From Planctomycetota bacterium (lineage in GTDB: Bacteria; Planctomycetota; B15-G4): a stretch of 63,682 nt of DNA. Positions within the stretch are counted from its first letter, which is position 1; each line of letters begins with the position of its first letter. This document shows positions 63,014 to 63,682 of this stretch, one piece after another. The notes under the pieces are model-generated. The model was not told the DNA's origin. It did no database searches and saw nothing but the letters and a program-made list of their open reading frames with translations. The stretch lies in NCBI GenBank assembly GCA_038212275.1, contig JBBQUR010000025.1:1-63682 (forward strand), written 5' to 3'. The position numbers were made by a program, and so were the translations under genes.

Positions 63014-63682
63014 ATGGCTGAAGAAGTCCAGATGGACCAGGCGGTCTACGACAAGCTGATCGCCGAGGGCAAGAGCGAGCGCATCGCCAGGGCGAAGGCC
63101 AAGGCTGCCACCGTGCGCGCCAAGAAGGAGGCGGCCGGGGCGGACCTCGGCCCCAAGTCCTTCGAGGAGCAGAAGGCGGCTGCCGCTGCCGCTGGTGGCG
63201 GCCCCTCCGGCGGCGGCGGTGGCGCGGCCACTGCTGTCGCGGAGGCAGCCGACGCCCCCGGCATGATGTCGGCGGAGGAGCGCCAGAAGCGCGTCGCCGA
63301 GGCGCTGAAGCGCCGGCAGGGCGGGGTGTCGGACCTGCAGCAGCCCGAAGCCAAGCTGGCCGGGCAGAAGCACACCCACCGCCTGCTCGCGATGGTGCCG
63401 CCCAGCGGCATCCAGCAGATCCGTGGCAAGCAGGAGGACAAGGTCTACACCTGGCCCCACCTGCTCAGCTCGGAGCTGATCTGCCTGCTGGCCGTCACCG
63501 CCCTGCTGCTGCTGATGTCCGTCGTGCCCGCGTTCCCGCTGCGCGAGTTGGCCAACCCCAACCAGACCCCCAACCCCTCCAAGGCCCCCTGGTACTTCCT
63601 GGGCCTGCAAGAGCTGCTGCGCTACTTCCACCCCATGGTGGCCGGCGTGACGATCCCGGGCATGGGCATGTTCGCCCTCATC
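63014..63682 (+). CDS. Cytochrome b subunit IV (PetD/QcrC-like) with long N-terminal extension, 3'-truncated
   Basis: From ATG 63014: ...DKVYTWPHLL...ANPNQTPNPSKAPWYFLGLQELL (PEWY-equivalent). The frame runs off the window. Confidence 0.88.
   Translation, partial: MAEEVQMDQAVYDKLIAEGKSERIARAKAKAATVRAKKEAAGADLGPKSFEEQKAAAAAAGGGPSGGGGGAATAVAEAADAPGMMSAEERQKRVAEALKRRQGGVSDLQQPEAKLAGQKHTHRLLAMVPPSGIQQIRGKQEDKVYTWPHLLSSELICLLAVTALLLLMSVVPAFPLRELANPNQTPNPSKAPWYFLGLQELLRYFHPMVAGVTIPGMGMFALI

Noticed and set aside
1..63682. tRNA/rRNA genes, prophage structural genes
   Set aside because: None recognised by eye; a tRNAscan/Infernal run would be needed to exclude them formally.

Overview
GC-rich bacterial DNA (about 70% by eye). 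The gene content suggests an uncultured Planctomycetota lineage (inference): FG-GAP/VCBS and HEAT proteins, a sulfatase, GT-C glycosyltransferases, multiheme cytochromes and a split-cytochrome-b bc complex. Positions 1-22 kb form a mobile/defence island. It holds the 3' end of a group II intron, a glycosylation cluster (methyltransferase, TMEM260/DUF2723-TPR, GT4), an orphan HigA, and a signal-peptide Rhs toxin with a low-GC Cys-rich tip followed by a lipoprotein. It also holds an rve (DDE) transposase, two ParDE pairs (one toxin with a nonsense codon), a low-GC cytoplasmic REC + histidine kinase pair, and a DISARM drmC cut by a complete IS66. The most striking non-genic structure is a ~190-bp unit present three times (142-322, 12263-12468, 12469-12660). 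It corresponds to the transposase's last codons plus its 3' non-coding end, with conserved flanks and an exchangeable core, and the group II intron is inserted in one copy. A second, unexplained 81-bp non-coding repeat links 15193 and 56372. Positions 22-63.7 kb are mostly envelope/secreted proteins: three share a ~110-120-aa module I cannot name (possible sorting or anchoring domain). This part also has a 9-heme cytochrome, MutS-like/CutC, an ABC-PDZ-FG-GAP operon, a DedA-ATP-grasp fusion and the start of a Rieske/cytochrome b operon. No tRNA, rRNA, CRISPR array or integron integrase was recognised. Family assignments come from motif recognition, not database searches.
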